A stretch of DNA of 64,000 nucleotides from an uncultured Staphylococcaceae bacterium (GTDB taxonomy: Bacteria > Bacillota_I > Bacilli_A > RFN20 > CAG-826). Shown one piece after another: positions 18,501-30,412 of this stretch. Position 1 is the first letter of the stretch; each line of letters opens with the position of its first letter. A model generated the notes under the pieces. That model saw only the letters and a program-made list of their open reading frames with translations. It was not told where the DNA came from and did not search any database. Where the stretch lies: assembly GCA_964433025.1 (NCBI GenBank), contig CAYSPV010000002.1, forward strand, positions 3,677 to 67,676, read 5' to 3'. Both the position numbers and the translations under genes were made by a program.

Positions 18501-20696
18501 TTAAATATCAATTGGGTCTATATCTAAAGATACTTTTATAGAACTTTGTGAAAACAAAGGAGTCAAACAACCTTTTAAAATATTATGAGCAAAGTTTATA
18601 TCTTTAAACTTAACTAGTATTGTTCTAATGTGTCGATCTTGAAATTGTTTAATATAAGGAGATGATGGCCCAATAATTTGAGCTTTATCTTCAAATTTAT
18701 CTTTTAAATTCATAGCTAGGATGTAGGCATTTTCCACCACCGATGATTCATTTTTAGCGGATATCTCTATCTTAGCTAAATAACAATATGGAGGATAAAA
18801 AGTATCTTTTCTTATTTGAATTTCTTTTTGATAAAAAAGATCATAATTTTGTCTAGCAGCATATCTAATAGCATAATGACTTGGATTATAAGTTTGAATG
18901 ATAGCTTCTCCTATTTTATCTCCTCTTCCACTTCTTCCAATGGCCTGAGTTATAGTTTGGAATGTTTTTTCACTACTTCTAAATGAAGGCATGTTTAAAC
19001 CTATGTCTGCGAGCACTACACCTACAAGAGTAACATTTAAAAAGTCATGGCCTTTAGCAATCATTTGAGTGCCTATTAAAATATCGGCTTCATGATTTAA
19101 AAATTTATTAATCGTATTTTTAATATTTGATTTTAATTTAGCTTTATCAGAATCAAGTCTTAATATCTTAGCGTTTGGAAATAATTTTTGAGCTTCTTTT
19201 TCTACTTTTTCACTTCCAAATCCTACTTTTATAAAACTATCAGATCCACATTCTAAACACATATTAGGTTCTACTTCCATATAATCACAGTGATGACATT
19301 TAAGCATGTTATCAGAATAATGATAAGTTAAAGGAACATGACAGTTAGGACATTTAAAAACATGACCGCATTTCCTACAAGATATTGAAGTAGAAAATCC
19401 TCTTCTATTAATTAATAAAATGACTTGTTCATGTTTTAATAATCTTTCCTTGATTTTATTTCTTAAAGTCTTTGAAAAAATATAAGAATGTTCATCAATA
19501 TTATGATAATCAAGCATATTCACTATTGTAGTGTTTGGTAATTGTTTTTCATTAATACGTTTATCTAATCTTAAGAGATGATAAACGTTTTTAGAGGCTC
19601 TAGCTTTAGAATCTAAAGATGGTGTAGCGCTTGCAAGTAACACCTTACAATTTTCTATTTGACTTCTAAATATAGCGACCTGTCTAGCATGATAATAAGG
19701 ATTATTTTCTTGTTTATAAGTTTCAGAATGTTCTTCATCAATAATAATTAGACCTAAATCTTTTAAAGGGGCAAATACTCCACTTCTAGCGCCTATAACA
19801 ATCCTAGCTTTATTAGAGGCAATCTTTCTATATTCATCATATTTTTCAGCGTTTGTTAACTCACTATGTAGAATTGCAATATCATTTCCAAATCGATTAT
19901 AAAAGTATTGAGACATCTGAGGAGTTAAAGATATTTCAGGTACAAGTATTAATACGGACTTATTTTGTTTTAATATTTCTTTGGCAATATGTAAATAAAC
20001 TTCTGTCTTACCAGAACCTGTTACACCTTGTAAAAGATATACTTTATCATCACTATTAAAGAATTCATTTACGACATTTAATTGGGACTTAGTAAGTTCT
20101 TTTTCATATGAATTTTTTTGCAAATCTAAACTAAATCTTTGTTTTTCTTCTTTAATTAGATAAACTTTTTCTTTTTTAATTAGATTATCTAAAACAGTCT
20201 TTGATTTGATTTCTTTTTTTAAAACTTTTTTATTTTCTTTAATTAATTTAAATAGTTCTAATTGTTTTAAAGTTAATCCTTGTTCATCTAAATCTAAGGG
20301 AATGACATATTCATCATAAGCTATTTTAGGAGCTTTTAGAGATGATAAAGATGGTTTTAATGAAGGGGGTAGCATGGTTTGTAAAACCGCGATTTTACTT
20401 GTGATGTAATAATCAGAGATTTTGTCCGCGAGTAATAATAAATTATTGGTTAGTAAAGGTGTTTCATCTATAACATCAATTATTTCATTTATTTGAAATC
20501 CTGATTCATTACATAACTCCACTAATGTTTTATCTGTGTCTTTAACATCTAATACATAACCTACTAGTCTTTTATTATTAAATTCTAATAACACTCTTAC
20601 ACCTTTATTAATGGTTTTTTGACCATTATAAACGTAGGTAAAAGGATGATTTAAACTTAAAGTTGTATATTGGATTAAAACATCAATAATTTTCAT
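18501..20696 (-). CDS. priA: Primosomal protein N' (replication restart helicase)
   Basis: Walker A GVTGSGKT, DEEH box (IIIDEEH), and double Zn-finger insert CRKCGHVFKCPNC...CHHC...CLECGS. Confidence 0.95.
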   Translation of the reverse strand: MKIIDVLIQYTTLSLNHPFTYVYNGQKTINKGVRVLLEFNNKRLVGYVLDVKDTDKTLVELCNESGFQINEIIDVIDETPLLTNNLLLLADKISDYYITSKIAVLQTMLPPSLKPSLSSLKAPKIAYDEYVIPLDLDEQGLTLKQLELFKLIKENKKVLKKEIKSKTVLDNLIKKEKVYLIKEEKQRFSLDLQKNSYEKELTKSQLNVVNEFFNSDDKVYLLQGVTGSGKTEVYLHIAKEILKQNKSVLILVPEISLTPQMSQYFYNRFGNDIAILHSELTNAEKYDEYRKIASNKARIVIGARSGVFAPLKDLGLIIIDEEHSETYKQENNPYYHARQVAIFRSQIENCKVLLASATPSLDSKARASKNVYHLLRLDKRINEKQLPNTTIVNMLDYHNIDEHSYIFSKTLRNKIKERLLKHEQVILLINRRGFSTSISCRKCGHVFKCPNCHVPLTYHYSDNMLKCHHCDYMEVEPNMCLECGSDSFIKVGFGSEKVEKEAQKLFPNAKILRLDSDKAKLKSNIKNTINKFLNHEADILIGTQMIAKGHDFLNVTLVGVVLADIGLNMPSFRSSEKTFQTITQAIGRSGRGDKIGEAIIQTYNPSHYAIRYAARQNYDLFYQKEIQIRKDTFYPPYCYLAKIEISAKNESSVVENAYILAMNLKDKFEDKAQIIGPSSPYIKQFQDRHIRTILVKFKDINFAHNILKGCLTPLFSQSSIKVSLDIDPIDI

Positions 20697-20719
20697 ATAT
20701 AAATTATTATAATTTATTT

Positions 20720-21322
20720 TTAATCTAAATTAATGTTATTTAAGATAATTTTTATAATTTCTTTTGAGGCTCTATTTAAATAATCATTTACTACGACATA
20801 ATCATAGCCATCGTGTTTGTTGATTTCTCTTCTTGCTTTTTCAAGTCTTTCCTTAATTACTTCTTCACTTTCTGATCTTCTTTTTCTAATTCTATTTTCA
20901 AGTTCTTTTAAAGAAGGAGGAAGTAAAAATATAGATATAACACGATAATCTTTATTACCTTTTAATTTATTTAAGACTTGAGTAGCACCATTGATTTCAA
21001 TTTCTAAAAAGACATTTTTATTATTATTTAACCAAGCTTCTACTTTATCTTTAGGAGTGCCATAATAATTGCCCACGAATTGGCAGTACTCTAATAAATT
21101 GTCGTTTTTAATATTTTCTAAAAATTCTTCTTCACTTACAAAATAATAATCTTTATCAGGTACTTCTTTTTTACGTGGTTTTCTTGTGGTCATAGAGACA
21201 GAATAAACAAGATTTAAATTTTTATGTTTAAAGACTTTTTTTCTTATTGTCCCTTTACCGACCCCAGATGGTCCACTTAAAATAATTAGTAATCCCTTTT
21301 TCATAACGATATAGACTACCAT
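20720..21322 (-). CDS. gmk: Guanylate kinase
   Basis: P-loop SGPSGVGKGT and TTRKPRKKE. The true start may be the M7 codon at 21304. Confidence 0.93.
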   Translation of the reverse strand: MVVYIVMKKGLLIILSGPSGVGKGTIRKKVFKHKNLNLVYSVSMTTRKPRKKEVPDKDYYFVSEEEFLENIKNDNLLEYCQFVGNYYGTPKDKVEAWLNNNKNVFLEIEINGATQVLNKLKGNKDYRVISIFLLPPSLKELENRIRKRRSESEEVIKERLEKARREINKHDGYDYVVVNDYLNRASKEIIKIILNNINLD

Positions 21323-21393
21323 TATATCTTAAAATTAGTTGTAGTCAAATAAACTTGAAAAAAATTTATATTAACTTAATAATATAAACGTAT

Positions 21394-22782
21394 ATGAATT
21401 ATGATTTTTATTTAAAAAAACATATAAGTGAAATTGTAAGTGATATTAATTTAAAAATTAAATCAAGTCACATTGCTTCTTTTAGCTTTATATCTAGTGA
21501 AAGTGTACTCATCACTTTTTCTTTTTATCGTAAACAAGATTTATATATAAATTTAAAAAATAATCAACCTTATATCGGTTTTGTAAATAAAAGAAAATCA
21601 ATATCTAATTTAAATAAAGATATTCCTTATAAATTTAGACATTTTATTAAGGATAGTTATATTGCAGGTGTTAGTAATTTAAATGATGACACGATTATCA
21701 TCTTTGATTTAAATAAAAAAGTTGATGAATTTGATTATAAAAAATATAAATTAATCATGGAATTAATTCATAATAAAACTAATTTAGTTTTATGTGATGA
21801 AAATAACAACATAATCGTAGTGTTAAAACCACATAGTTCTTTATTAGATAGAAATATGATAATTGGTCAAAAATATGACTTACCTAATAAAGTTAATATC
21901 GCTAATAAACAAAAAGAAGATATAACTTATGATGATTATTTAAGATATGGGGAGGGGTTGTACACTGCTTCTTTAGCTAAAAGAAAAGATGAAAAATATC
22001 ATGACTTATTAAAATTTATCAAACAAAAAATCAATATCACTAAAAACAAATTACCTAAATTAGATACTGAAATATTAAATGGAAATAATGATCTAATTTA
22101 TAAAGAGCTAGGAGAAGCTTGTTATTATTATCAACAAGAAGATTTAAAACAATTATTTAAAGATAACAATAAAAAATATGATGATACATTAACAAATATA
22201 GAATTAGCGAATAACTGTTTTTATAAATATAAAAAAGCTAAAAGTAAAATTGAAAATGCCGCTACACAAAAAGAAAAATGTAAAGATGATTTACTTTATT
22301 ATCAACATCTATTAGAACAATATGAAAATGGAAGTGAAGATGACTTACTTCAAATGCAAACTTATTTATTAAAAAATAAGGTTATTAATAAACATGAAAA
22401 ACAAATATCTAATAAATTATCACCATATTTTATTAAATTAGATAATTATAAAATCTTATTTGGAAAAAATGATCTACAAAATGATAATTTAACTTTTAAA
22501 ATCGCTAAAGATAATGATTTATTTTTACATATTCATCCTTATTCAGGCGCTCATGTGATAATTAAAGGTGATAATCCTAGTGATGAAGTTATATCTATTG
22601 CAGCGCAGATCTGTTTATTATGTAGCAAAAAAGAAGCAAGTGAAGTTGTATACACTAATAAAAAATACCTTAAAAAAGGTCATAAATTAGGTCAAGTTAT
22701 CTTAAAAAAATATCAAACATTAAAAATAGATAAAGTAAGTGATAAAGTTAAACAATTATATGATTCTGCTCAAAGATATTAA
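21394..22782 (+). CDS. rqcH: RqcH/FbpA-like NFACT protein (short form)
   Basis: NFACT-N-like N-terminus (…NKTNLVLCDE…), a coiled-coil middle, and a C-terminal NFACT-R/DUF814 region (FLHIHPYSGAHVIIKG...VVYTNKKYLKK). Divergent from gmk, as yloA is in Bacillus. Confidence 0.75.
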   Translation: MNYDFYLKKHISEIVSDINLKIKSSHIASFSFISSESVLITFSFYRKQDLYINLKNNQPYIGFVNKRKSISNLNKDIPYKFRHFIKDSYIAGVSNLNDDTIIIFDLNKKVDEFDYKKYKLIMELIHNKTNLVLCDENNNIIVVLKPHSSLLDRNMIIGQKYDLPNKVNIANKQKEDITYDDYLRYGEGLYTASLAKRKDEKYHDLLKFIKQKINITKNKLPKLDTEILNGNNDLIYKELGEACYYYQQEDLKQLFKDNNKKYDDTLTNIELANNCFYKYKKAKSKIENAATQKEKCKDDLLYYQHLLEQYENGSEDDLLQMQTYLLKNKVINKHEKQISNKLSPYFIKLDNYKILFGKNDLQNDNLTFKIAKDNDLFLHIHPYSGAHVIIKGDNPSDEVISIAAQICLLCSKKEASEVVYTNKKYLKKGHKLGQVILKKYQTLKIDKVSDKVKQLYDSAQRY

Positions 22783-23246
22783 TCATTAAGATTAATATAA
22801 TCAATAATATTATCTACAAAATAATCATCAAAAGTGACTACTACACCTTGATAGGCAAATAAATATAGCTGCGGTAAATATAATTCATCACCATAATCAT
22901 TAAAAGCATATGCATCATTTGCATAGCTTGTCGTATCTACGATATATTGATAATCTTCACTTGTGATATTAGTTAAATCAACATTATAAACATTAAAATG
23001 ACCTAGTTCCGCGAGTCCTTCTAACTCTTCTTTTGCTTCGCTACATGAGGCACAGCTATCAACACTAAATAAGACTAGCATCGTAGTAACTTCATTAATG
23101 ACCATATCATATAACTCTTCACCGCTTATAGTCACTAATCGACCATATTCCACGCGTGGGAGAGTTAATTTATTAAAATTAGATCTTTCTGTGCAACCAA
23201 TTAAAAGTAATGGAAGAGTAAGTAATGATAAATATTTAGTTTTCAT
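22779..23246 (-). CDS. Lipoprotein with thioredoxin-fold CxxC motif
   Basis: Start moved to the second ATG (GAGGT 7 nt upstream). Signal peptide plus lipobox LLLIGC. VLFSVDSCASCSEAKEE is Trx-like. Confidence 0.55.
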   Translation of the reverse strand: MKTKYLSLLTLPLLLIGCTERSNFNKLTLPRVEYGRLVTISGEELYDMVINEVTTMLVLFSVDSCASCSEAKEELEGLAELGHFNVYNVDLTNITSEDYQYIVDTTSYANDAYAFNDYGDELYLPQLYLFAYQGVVVTFDDYFVDNIIDYINLND

Positions 23247-23766
23247 TATTAGATACCTCATTAATTAAAAAGTCTTCCCCTTTTATTTCTTCTTGAGTGG
23301 CTAGATTATTAAAACCTTGTTGTCTTAATACTTCATAAGCCACTATAGCTACAGAGTTAGATAAGTTTAAACTACGACAATTTGGAACCATTGGAATGCG
23401 TAATAGCTTATCTTTATTAAGTCTAAGTAGTTCATGAGGAATGCCTGTTGATTCTCTTCCAAACATTAAATAATAATCATGGACTTTGTTTGAAAAATCA
23501 AAACTAGAATAAACCTTATCAGCGTATCTAGTCACATAATAAATATCAGCGGTTTTATTTAATTTATAAAAATCATCTATGTTTTCATAATATTGCATAT
23601 TAAGTTCATCTATATAATCTAAACCACTTCTTTTTATAGCTTTTTCATCTAAAGAAAAACTTATAGGTCCTATTATGTGAAGTTTAGCCTTAATAGCGAC
23701 ACATGTTCGCATAATATTTCCTGTATTAAGGGGTTTTTCTGGTCTAAATAATACAATATGGATCAT
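23236..23766 (-). CDS. trmL: tRNA (cytidine/uridine-2'-O)-methyltransferase, SpoU/TrmH family
   Basis: About 160-aa SPOUT core with NTGNIMRTC, FGRESTGIP and LNLSNSVAIVAYE motifs. Confidence 0.85.
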   Translation of the reverse strand: MIHIVLFRPEKPLNTGNIMRTCVAIKAKLHIIGPISFSLDEKAIKRSGLDYIDELNMQYYENIDDFYKLNKTADIYYVTRYADKVYSSFDFSNKVHDYYLMFGRESTGIPHELLRLNKDKLLRIPMVPNCRSLNLSNSVAIVAYEVLRQQGFNNLATQEEIKGEDFLINEVSNNEN

Positions 23767-23834
23767 ATAAAAAATAATATAATTTTTTTTAATAAAATAA
23801 AGAAAATTATTTTATTGTGTGTTAAAGTAATGAC

Positions 23835-24674
23835 ATGGCAAATAATTTTGAAAATATTAAAAAATTGTTTTTTAAACTAACTGATAAAAAAGTTAAAACC
23901 ATTACAAAATATGATGATGGATTTTCTAATCAGGTTTATTTAATAAATGATGCTTATGTATTAAAAACTCCTAAGGAGTTTATTGCCCCATTTATTGATT
24001 ATAAAAATGAAAAATATATTTTAGAAGTTTTAAAAGATAATAAAAATGTCGTTAATACTTATTTATATGATATTAATAGTAAAACTTTAATTATGAAAGT
24101 TGTTCATCAAGCTAGACTTTATAATCAATTAGAAAAAAATCAAATCATATTACTAGCAAAAGCTTTAAAAAAATTACATAAAATTGAAGATTTTAATATT
24201 GAACCATTTAAGATGGTTGATAGATTAAAACTTTATAAGACATATAGCAAAGAACCTATAGATGGAAGATATGAAAGAAAGATTATTAATAGGATTAATA
24301 AAGGTATTAAAAAAGAAAGATTATGTTTATGTCATAATGATTTAGTTAGAAACAATTTATTATTTAAATATAACAATGTTGTTTTAATTGATTTTGAATT
24401 TGCAGGTCTTAACTACCTCTATTTTGATCTAGCTTCATTTATAAGTGAAAACAATTTAAATGATGAACAAAAAAATATCTTCTTAAAAGCTTATTTTGGT
24501 TATAGATTAAATAAAAACAAAATTAAAAAAGTTGATAACTTTATCCAATTTGAAGATATTTTATGGTATTACTGGGCCGAGATGATGTATGAAAACAGCA
24601 AAGATGAATGTTTTATAAACATCAAAAAAGAAAAATTAAATCGTATTAGTCAAAATATTAAAAATAATAATTAA
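23835..24674 (+). CDS. Choline/ethanolamine kinase-like phosphotransferase (APH/ChoK superfamily)
   Basis: Brenner motif CHNDLVRNNLLF and IDFEFAG, N-terminal GFSNQVY, 279 aa. Confidence 0.65.
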   Translation: MANNFENIKKLFFKLTDKKVKTITKYDDGFSNQVYLINDAYVLKTPKEFIAPFIDYKNEKYILEVLKDNKNVVNTYLYDINSKTLIMKVVHQARLYNQLEKNQIILLAKALKKLHKIEDFNIEPFKMVDRLKLYKTYSKEPIDGRYERKIINRINKGIKKERLCLCHNDLVRNNLLFKYNNVVLIDFEFAGLNYLYFDLASFISENNLNDEQKNIFLKAYFGYRLNKNKIKKVDNFIQFEDILWYYWAEMMYENSKDECFINIKKEKLNRISQNIKNNN

Positions 24675-24677
24675 TTT

Positions 24678-25238
24678 TTATCTTAAAGCATTACGTTTAG
24701 CGTTTATAGAAGGAAGAATTTTTTCTTCATATCTATCTAAAGCTTTTTTAATTATAGATAAAGCAGTTTTTTTATTTTCTACTTTATCAATATAAGTAGT
24801 CTTACCTTCTAAAGTTTTATAAACTTGAAAGAAGTGTTTTATTTCTTCCATGATATGATTTGGAATATCTTTTATATCATCAAAGTTATTATAAAATGGA
24901 TCGTCTTTTGCTACCGCAATTATTTTAGTGTCCATTAATCCATTATCTTCCATAATAAGTACACCGATAGGTTTACATCTAACTAAGGCCATAGGAAGTA
25001 TAGCTTCACTAGCTAAGACTAAAACATCAAGTGGATCAAAATCTTCAGCATATGTTAAAGGAATAAATCCATAGTTTTGAGGATAGTGAGTGGATGTAAA
25101 TAAAACACGATCTAAAATTAAATGACCTGTTTGTTTATCTAATTCATATTTATTTTTACTACCTTTAGAGATTTCTATCATGGCTAAAAAATCATCTTCT
25201 TTAATTCTATCTTTGGAAATATCGTGCCAAGCGTGCAT
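24678..25238 (-). CDS. ppa: Inorganic pyrophosphatase, family I
   Basis: NYGFIP and DFDPLDVLVL motifs, 186 aa. Confidence 0.93.
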   Translation of the reverse strand: MHAWHDISKDRIKEDDFLAMIEISKGSKNKYELDKQTGHLILDRVLFTSTHYPQNYGFIPLTYAEDFDPLDVLVLASEAILPMALVRCKPIGVLIMEDNGLMDTKIIAVAKDDPFYNNFDDIKDIPNHIMEEIKHFFQVYKTLEGKTTYIDKVENKKTALSIIKKALDRYEEKILPSINAKRNALR

Positions 25239-25358
25239 ATTTTTTTACTCCTTATTAGTTATGATAACATAAACAAATATTTAAAAATAGTATCATTTAA
25301 TGTGGTTTTTTAAATTTTATAGATATATAAAAATTTATTTGTGCTATTTTAATATAGT

Positions 25359-26204
25359 ATGAAAAGCCTATTAAAAAAAGTCTTATTATCTTTATCATTA
25401 GGGGTATTTTGTATAAATACTATATCCTGTTCTAGTGATGAAAATAGAGTCTATGTCGCTAATGATTTAGATTTATATATGCAAAAAGATGATACGGAAG
25501 TATCACTTTCTACAAAAGAAATTACAGGTGATACTTTTTTAAAAAAAATTAATCATCAAGAATCATTTATTTTATATTATTATTCTAATTACTGCGCTAC
25601 TTGCACTACTGTAAGTGAATATTGGAATACCTTTTTAAGAAGTTATAATTATCTAATATATTCTTTTAGTGCTCAAGCAAGCGATATATATTATATCGCT
25701 AATTTATATCCTGACTATTTTGATGAAACACCTAAGATCATGTTTTTTAAACAAGGCGAATTAGTCTTAACTTTATCATCATCAAGATATTCATCTTATC
25801 GTTTATTTGAATCGGCAATGATCGAATTTGCTAGAAAATCAGATATATACACTACGACTAGATTAGATGCTTTTATGGAATTTATAAGTAGTAATTCTAG
25901 ATATTATCTATTTTTAAAAGATGATAATTTATCATCAGTAAATGATGATGATATATCAGCCTATGATATTTATATAAATGATATTAGACCTAATATTGAA
26001 AATAATAGTGTCCCATCACTTGTTTTAGATGTAAGCACTATTAGTGATGAAATAAAAGAATATTTATTATCATCTGCTTTTTCTATTAATGTTGAGGTTT
26101 ACACTACTACATTTACATATGTAAACAATGATCAAATGACCACCTATGACTATCTTATAGAAGATGGTTATAATGAAATGATGTATTTAATAAGTAATTC
26201 TTAA
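25359..26204 (+). CDS. Lipoprotein with N-terminal thioredoxin-fold CxxC domain
   Basis: Signal peptide plus lipobox (INTISC). FILYYYSNYCATCTTVSEYW is Trx-like. The C-terminal half is unknown. Confidence 0.5.
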   Translation: MKSLLKKVLLSLSLGVFCINTISCSSDENRVYVANDLDLYMQKDDTEVSLSTKEITGDTFLKKINHQESFILYYYSNYCATCTTVSEYWNTFLRSYNYLIYSFSAQASDIYYIANLYPDYFDETPKIMFFKQGELVLTLSSSRYSSYRLFESAMIEFARKSDIYTTTRLDAFMEFISSNSRYYLFLKDDNLSSVNDDDISAYDIYINDIRPNIENNSVPSLVLDVSTISDEIKEYLLSSAFSINVEVYTTTFTYVNNDQMTTYDYLIEDGYNEMMYLISNS

Positions 26205-26601
26205 TTTGATTTTACATTGATTCTATTAAGAGCACGATTTAAAGCAAGTTGCGCTCTTTTTATATCTAAATTAGTGTCTTTAGAATTTAATCTAGCTAAC
26301 GCTCTTTCTTTGGCTTTATTTGCTCTATCTAGATCTATTTCATCTTTACTTTCGATAGTGTTAACAATCACATTACAAACATTATTTTCTATATATAATA
26401 AACCACTAGAAATAGCAAATTCATAAGTTTTATTATCTTTAACATAAGATAACTTACAAATAGTTAAATCACTTATAAATGATGTATAGTTAGGCATAAT
26501 TCCAAACTTACCATCACTAGCGTACGCACTTAAATAAGTGACATCATCTTCTAAATAAATGCCAAGTTTATTAGTGATAATAAGATGGAAACTATTTTTC
26601 A

Positions 26602-26602
<1 letters not shown>
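26201..26602 (-). CDS. atpC: F1 ATP synthase epsilon subunit
   Basis: Last gene of the atp operon, 133 aa, with a beta-sandwich plus helical hairpin pattern. Confidence 0.85.
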
Positions 26603-28014
<1,412 letters not shown>

Positions 28015-28881
28015 CTAAACATTATTAAAAGCAGAAACAACTTCTATGATTTCATTAGTAATTGATTCTTGTCTTGCTTTGTTATATTGAATAGTTAATT
28101 TTTCTAATAATTCATTAGCGTTATCACTTGCTTGTTCCATCGCATTTCTTCTTGAAGTATATTCACTTACTAAAGAATTTAAAATGTAAGCATATAATAA
28201 TGATTCAACATATAAAGGAATAAATGTATCAATGATTTGATTTTTATTTGGTTGAATAATAGGTTCAACTTCTTTATATCTTGTATCATCTTCTTTTAAA
28301 TTTAAAGTTAAAGGTAATAACTTTTTATCAGTGCATCTAAAAGTAAGAGAATTTACATATTTTGTATAAATTAAATGGACTTCTGCATACTTTTTATTTA
28401 AAAATGCTCTCAAAATATAATCTTTAACTTTACTTGATGTTTTATTAATATCATCAATAGAAGTACTTAAAAATTCCTCATCAAAATTAATATTTTTATT
28501 TTGATAATGATTAAGACCTTTATTTCCTAAAATAATAAAATAAGCATTTTCATCATTAATAATATTTTCATCTAAATAATTAAAAATATTATAGTTATAA
28601 GATCCACATAAACCTAAATCAGACGTAATAACAATGTATAACTTTTTAGAAGTAATATTATTATCTATTTCATTAAAATAAACTGAATCAATATCATCTC
28701 CTAAAAGTGTTAATTTAGACATGATTAAATCTAGTTTACTAGAAAAGATGTCTTGTCCACTTAAACGATTTGATATCGTTTTAAGTTTGGCTATGGACAC
28801 TAACTTCATAGCGTTAGTGATCTTTTCAATAGACTTAATAGAGTTAATACGTTTTTTACTTTGTAATACAGAAGTTGACAT
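28015..28881 (-). CDS. atpG: F1 ATP synthase gamma subunit
   Basis: Located between alpha and beta. The conserved C-terminus is RQESITNEIIEVVSA. Confidence 0.9.
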   Translation of the reverse strand: MSTSVLQSKKRINSIKSIEKITNAMKLVSIAKLKTISNRLSGQDIFSSKLDLIMSKLTLLGDDIDSVYFNEIDNNITSKKLYIVITSDLGLCGSYNYNIFNYLDENIINDENAYFIILGNKGLNHYQNKNINFDEEFLSTSIDDINKTSSKVKDYILRAFLNKKYAEVHLIYTKYVNSLTFRCTDKKLLPLTLNLKEDDTRYKEVEPIIQPNKNQIIDTFIPLYVESLLYAYILNSLVSEYTSRRNAMEQASDNANELLEKLTIQYNKARQESITNEIIEVVSAFNNV

Positions 28882-28886
28882 AGGCT

Positions 28887-30398
28887 TTATTTATTAATAT
28901 AAGGTTTAAAAAATTCATCTAAGGCTACTTTTAATTTATTATCTAATTCATCAGAAATATCTTGAGTTTTATTTATCTCTTTTAAGATATCTTTACAAGA
29001 ATGTCTTAGATAAGTTAAAGCGCGTTTTAATATTGGTTTTATTTCTTCATTTTTTAAAGAATCTAAATAATAGTTTTTAGCAATATATAGTTCTAAGATT
29101 TGATCAATTACAGGATAGGTATCATATTGGTCTTGTTTTAATACTTCAAATAAGACTTCACCATGTCTTAAGATCTTTTTAGTTGCATCATCTAGATCAG
29201 ATCCAAATTGGCTAAATGATTTTAATTCATTATAGTTAGCTAAATCTATTTTTAAAGATGATGAAACTTTTTTCATAGCTTTGATTTGGGCTGCTCCACC
29301 AACACGGGACACTGATAAACCTGAATCAATAGCAGGTCTTTGTCCAATATTATATAAATCTGTTAATAAAAATATTTGACCATCAGTAATTGATATAACA
29401 TTTGTGGGAATATAAGCAGAAATATCACCTGCTTGAGTTTCCACGATTGGAAGGGCGGTAATAGAGCCACCACCATGAGCTTTATCTAACTTACAAGCTC
29501 TTTCAAGTAATCTAGAATGTAAATAGAAAATATCACCTGGATAAGCTTCTCTACCTGGAGAGCGTTTTAAAAGCAATGATAAGGCACGATAGGCTACTGC
29601 ATGTTTTGATAAATCATCATAGATGATTAATACATCTTTTCCTTGCTCCATCCATTCTTCTGCTATTGCACAACCTACAAATGGGGCAATATAAAGTAGG
29701 GGAGCTTCTTCAGATGCACCAGCGTTAATCACCACTGTATAATCTAAAGCATGATATGTTTTTAATTTATCAACGATTTGGGCGACTGTGGAATTTTTTT
29801 GTCCAATAGCGACATAAATACAAATCACATTTTGATCTTTTTGATTAATAATTGTATCAATTGCGATCGCGGTTTTTCCTATTTGTCTATCACCAATAAT
29901 TAATTCTCTTTGACCTCTTCCTATTGGAATCATCGCATCAATTGCTTTAATTCCCGTTTGTAAAGGTTTATTTACTGATTCACGAGTCATTACACCTGGA
30001 GCGATTCTTTCTATTGGTCTAAACTTATTAGTTTTAATTGGACCAAGTCCATCAATAGGAATACCAACAGGATTAATAACTCTTCCTAGTAACTCATCTC
30101 CTACTGGAGTTTGCATGACCTGTTTAGTTCTTCTTACTTTATCACCTTCTTTTATTGTATTCGTATCACCAAGTAAAATTACACCGATATGGTCTTCTTC
30201 AATATTCATGACCATACCATATATATCATCATTAAATACCACTAGTTCACCTAGCATGACTTTATTAAGTCCATATACTAAACAAATTCCATCTCCACTT
30301 GAAATAACTACCCCGATATCATCGCTTTGTATTTCACTAGCAAAATTTTGAATTTGTTTTTTAATTAATTCGGATATTTTTTTAACATTTACATCCAT
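28887..30398 (-). CDS. atpA: F1 ATP synthase alpha subunit
   Basis: Walker A GDRQIGKT, 503 aa. Confidence 0.97.
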   Translation of the reverse strand: MDVNVKKISELIKKQIQNFASEIQSDDIGVVISSGDGICLVYGLNKVMLGELVVFNDDIYGMVMNIEEDHIGVILLGDTNTIKEGDKVRRTKQVMQTPVGDELLGRVINPVGIPIDGLGPIKTNKFRPIERIAPGVMTRESVNKPLQTGIKAIDAMIPIGRGQRELIIGDRQIGKTAIAIDTIINQKDQNVICIYVAIGQKNSTVAQIVDKLKTYHALDYTVVINAGASEEAPLLYIAPFVGCAIAEEWMEQGKDVLIIYDDLSKHAVAYRALSLLLKRSPGREAYPGDIFYLHSRLLERACKLDKAHGGGSITALPIVETQAGDISAYIPTNVISITDGQIFLLTDLYNIGQRPAIDSGLSVSRVGGAAQIKAMKKVSSSLKIDLANYNELKSFSQFGSDLDDATKKILRHGEVLFEVLKQDQYDTYPVIDQILELYIAKNYYLDSLKNEEIKPILKRALTYLRHSCKDILKEINKTQDISDELDNKLKVALDEFFKPYINK

Positions 30399-30412
30399 AA
30401 ATTTAAGTCCTC

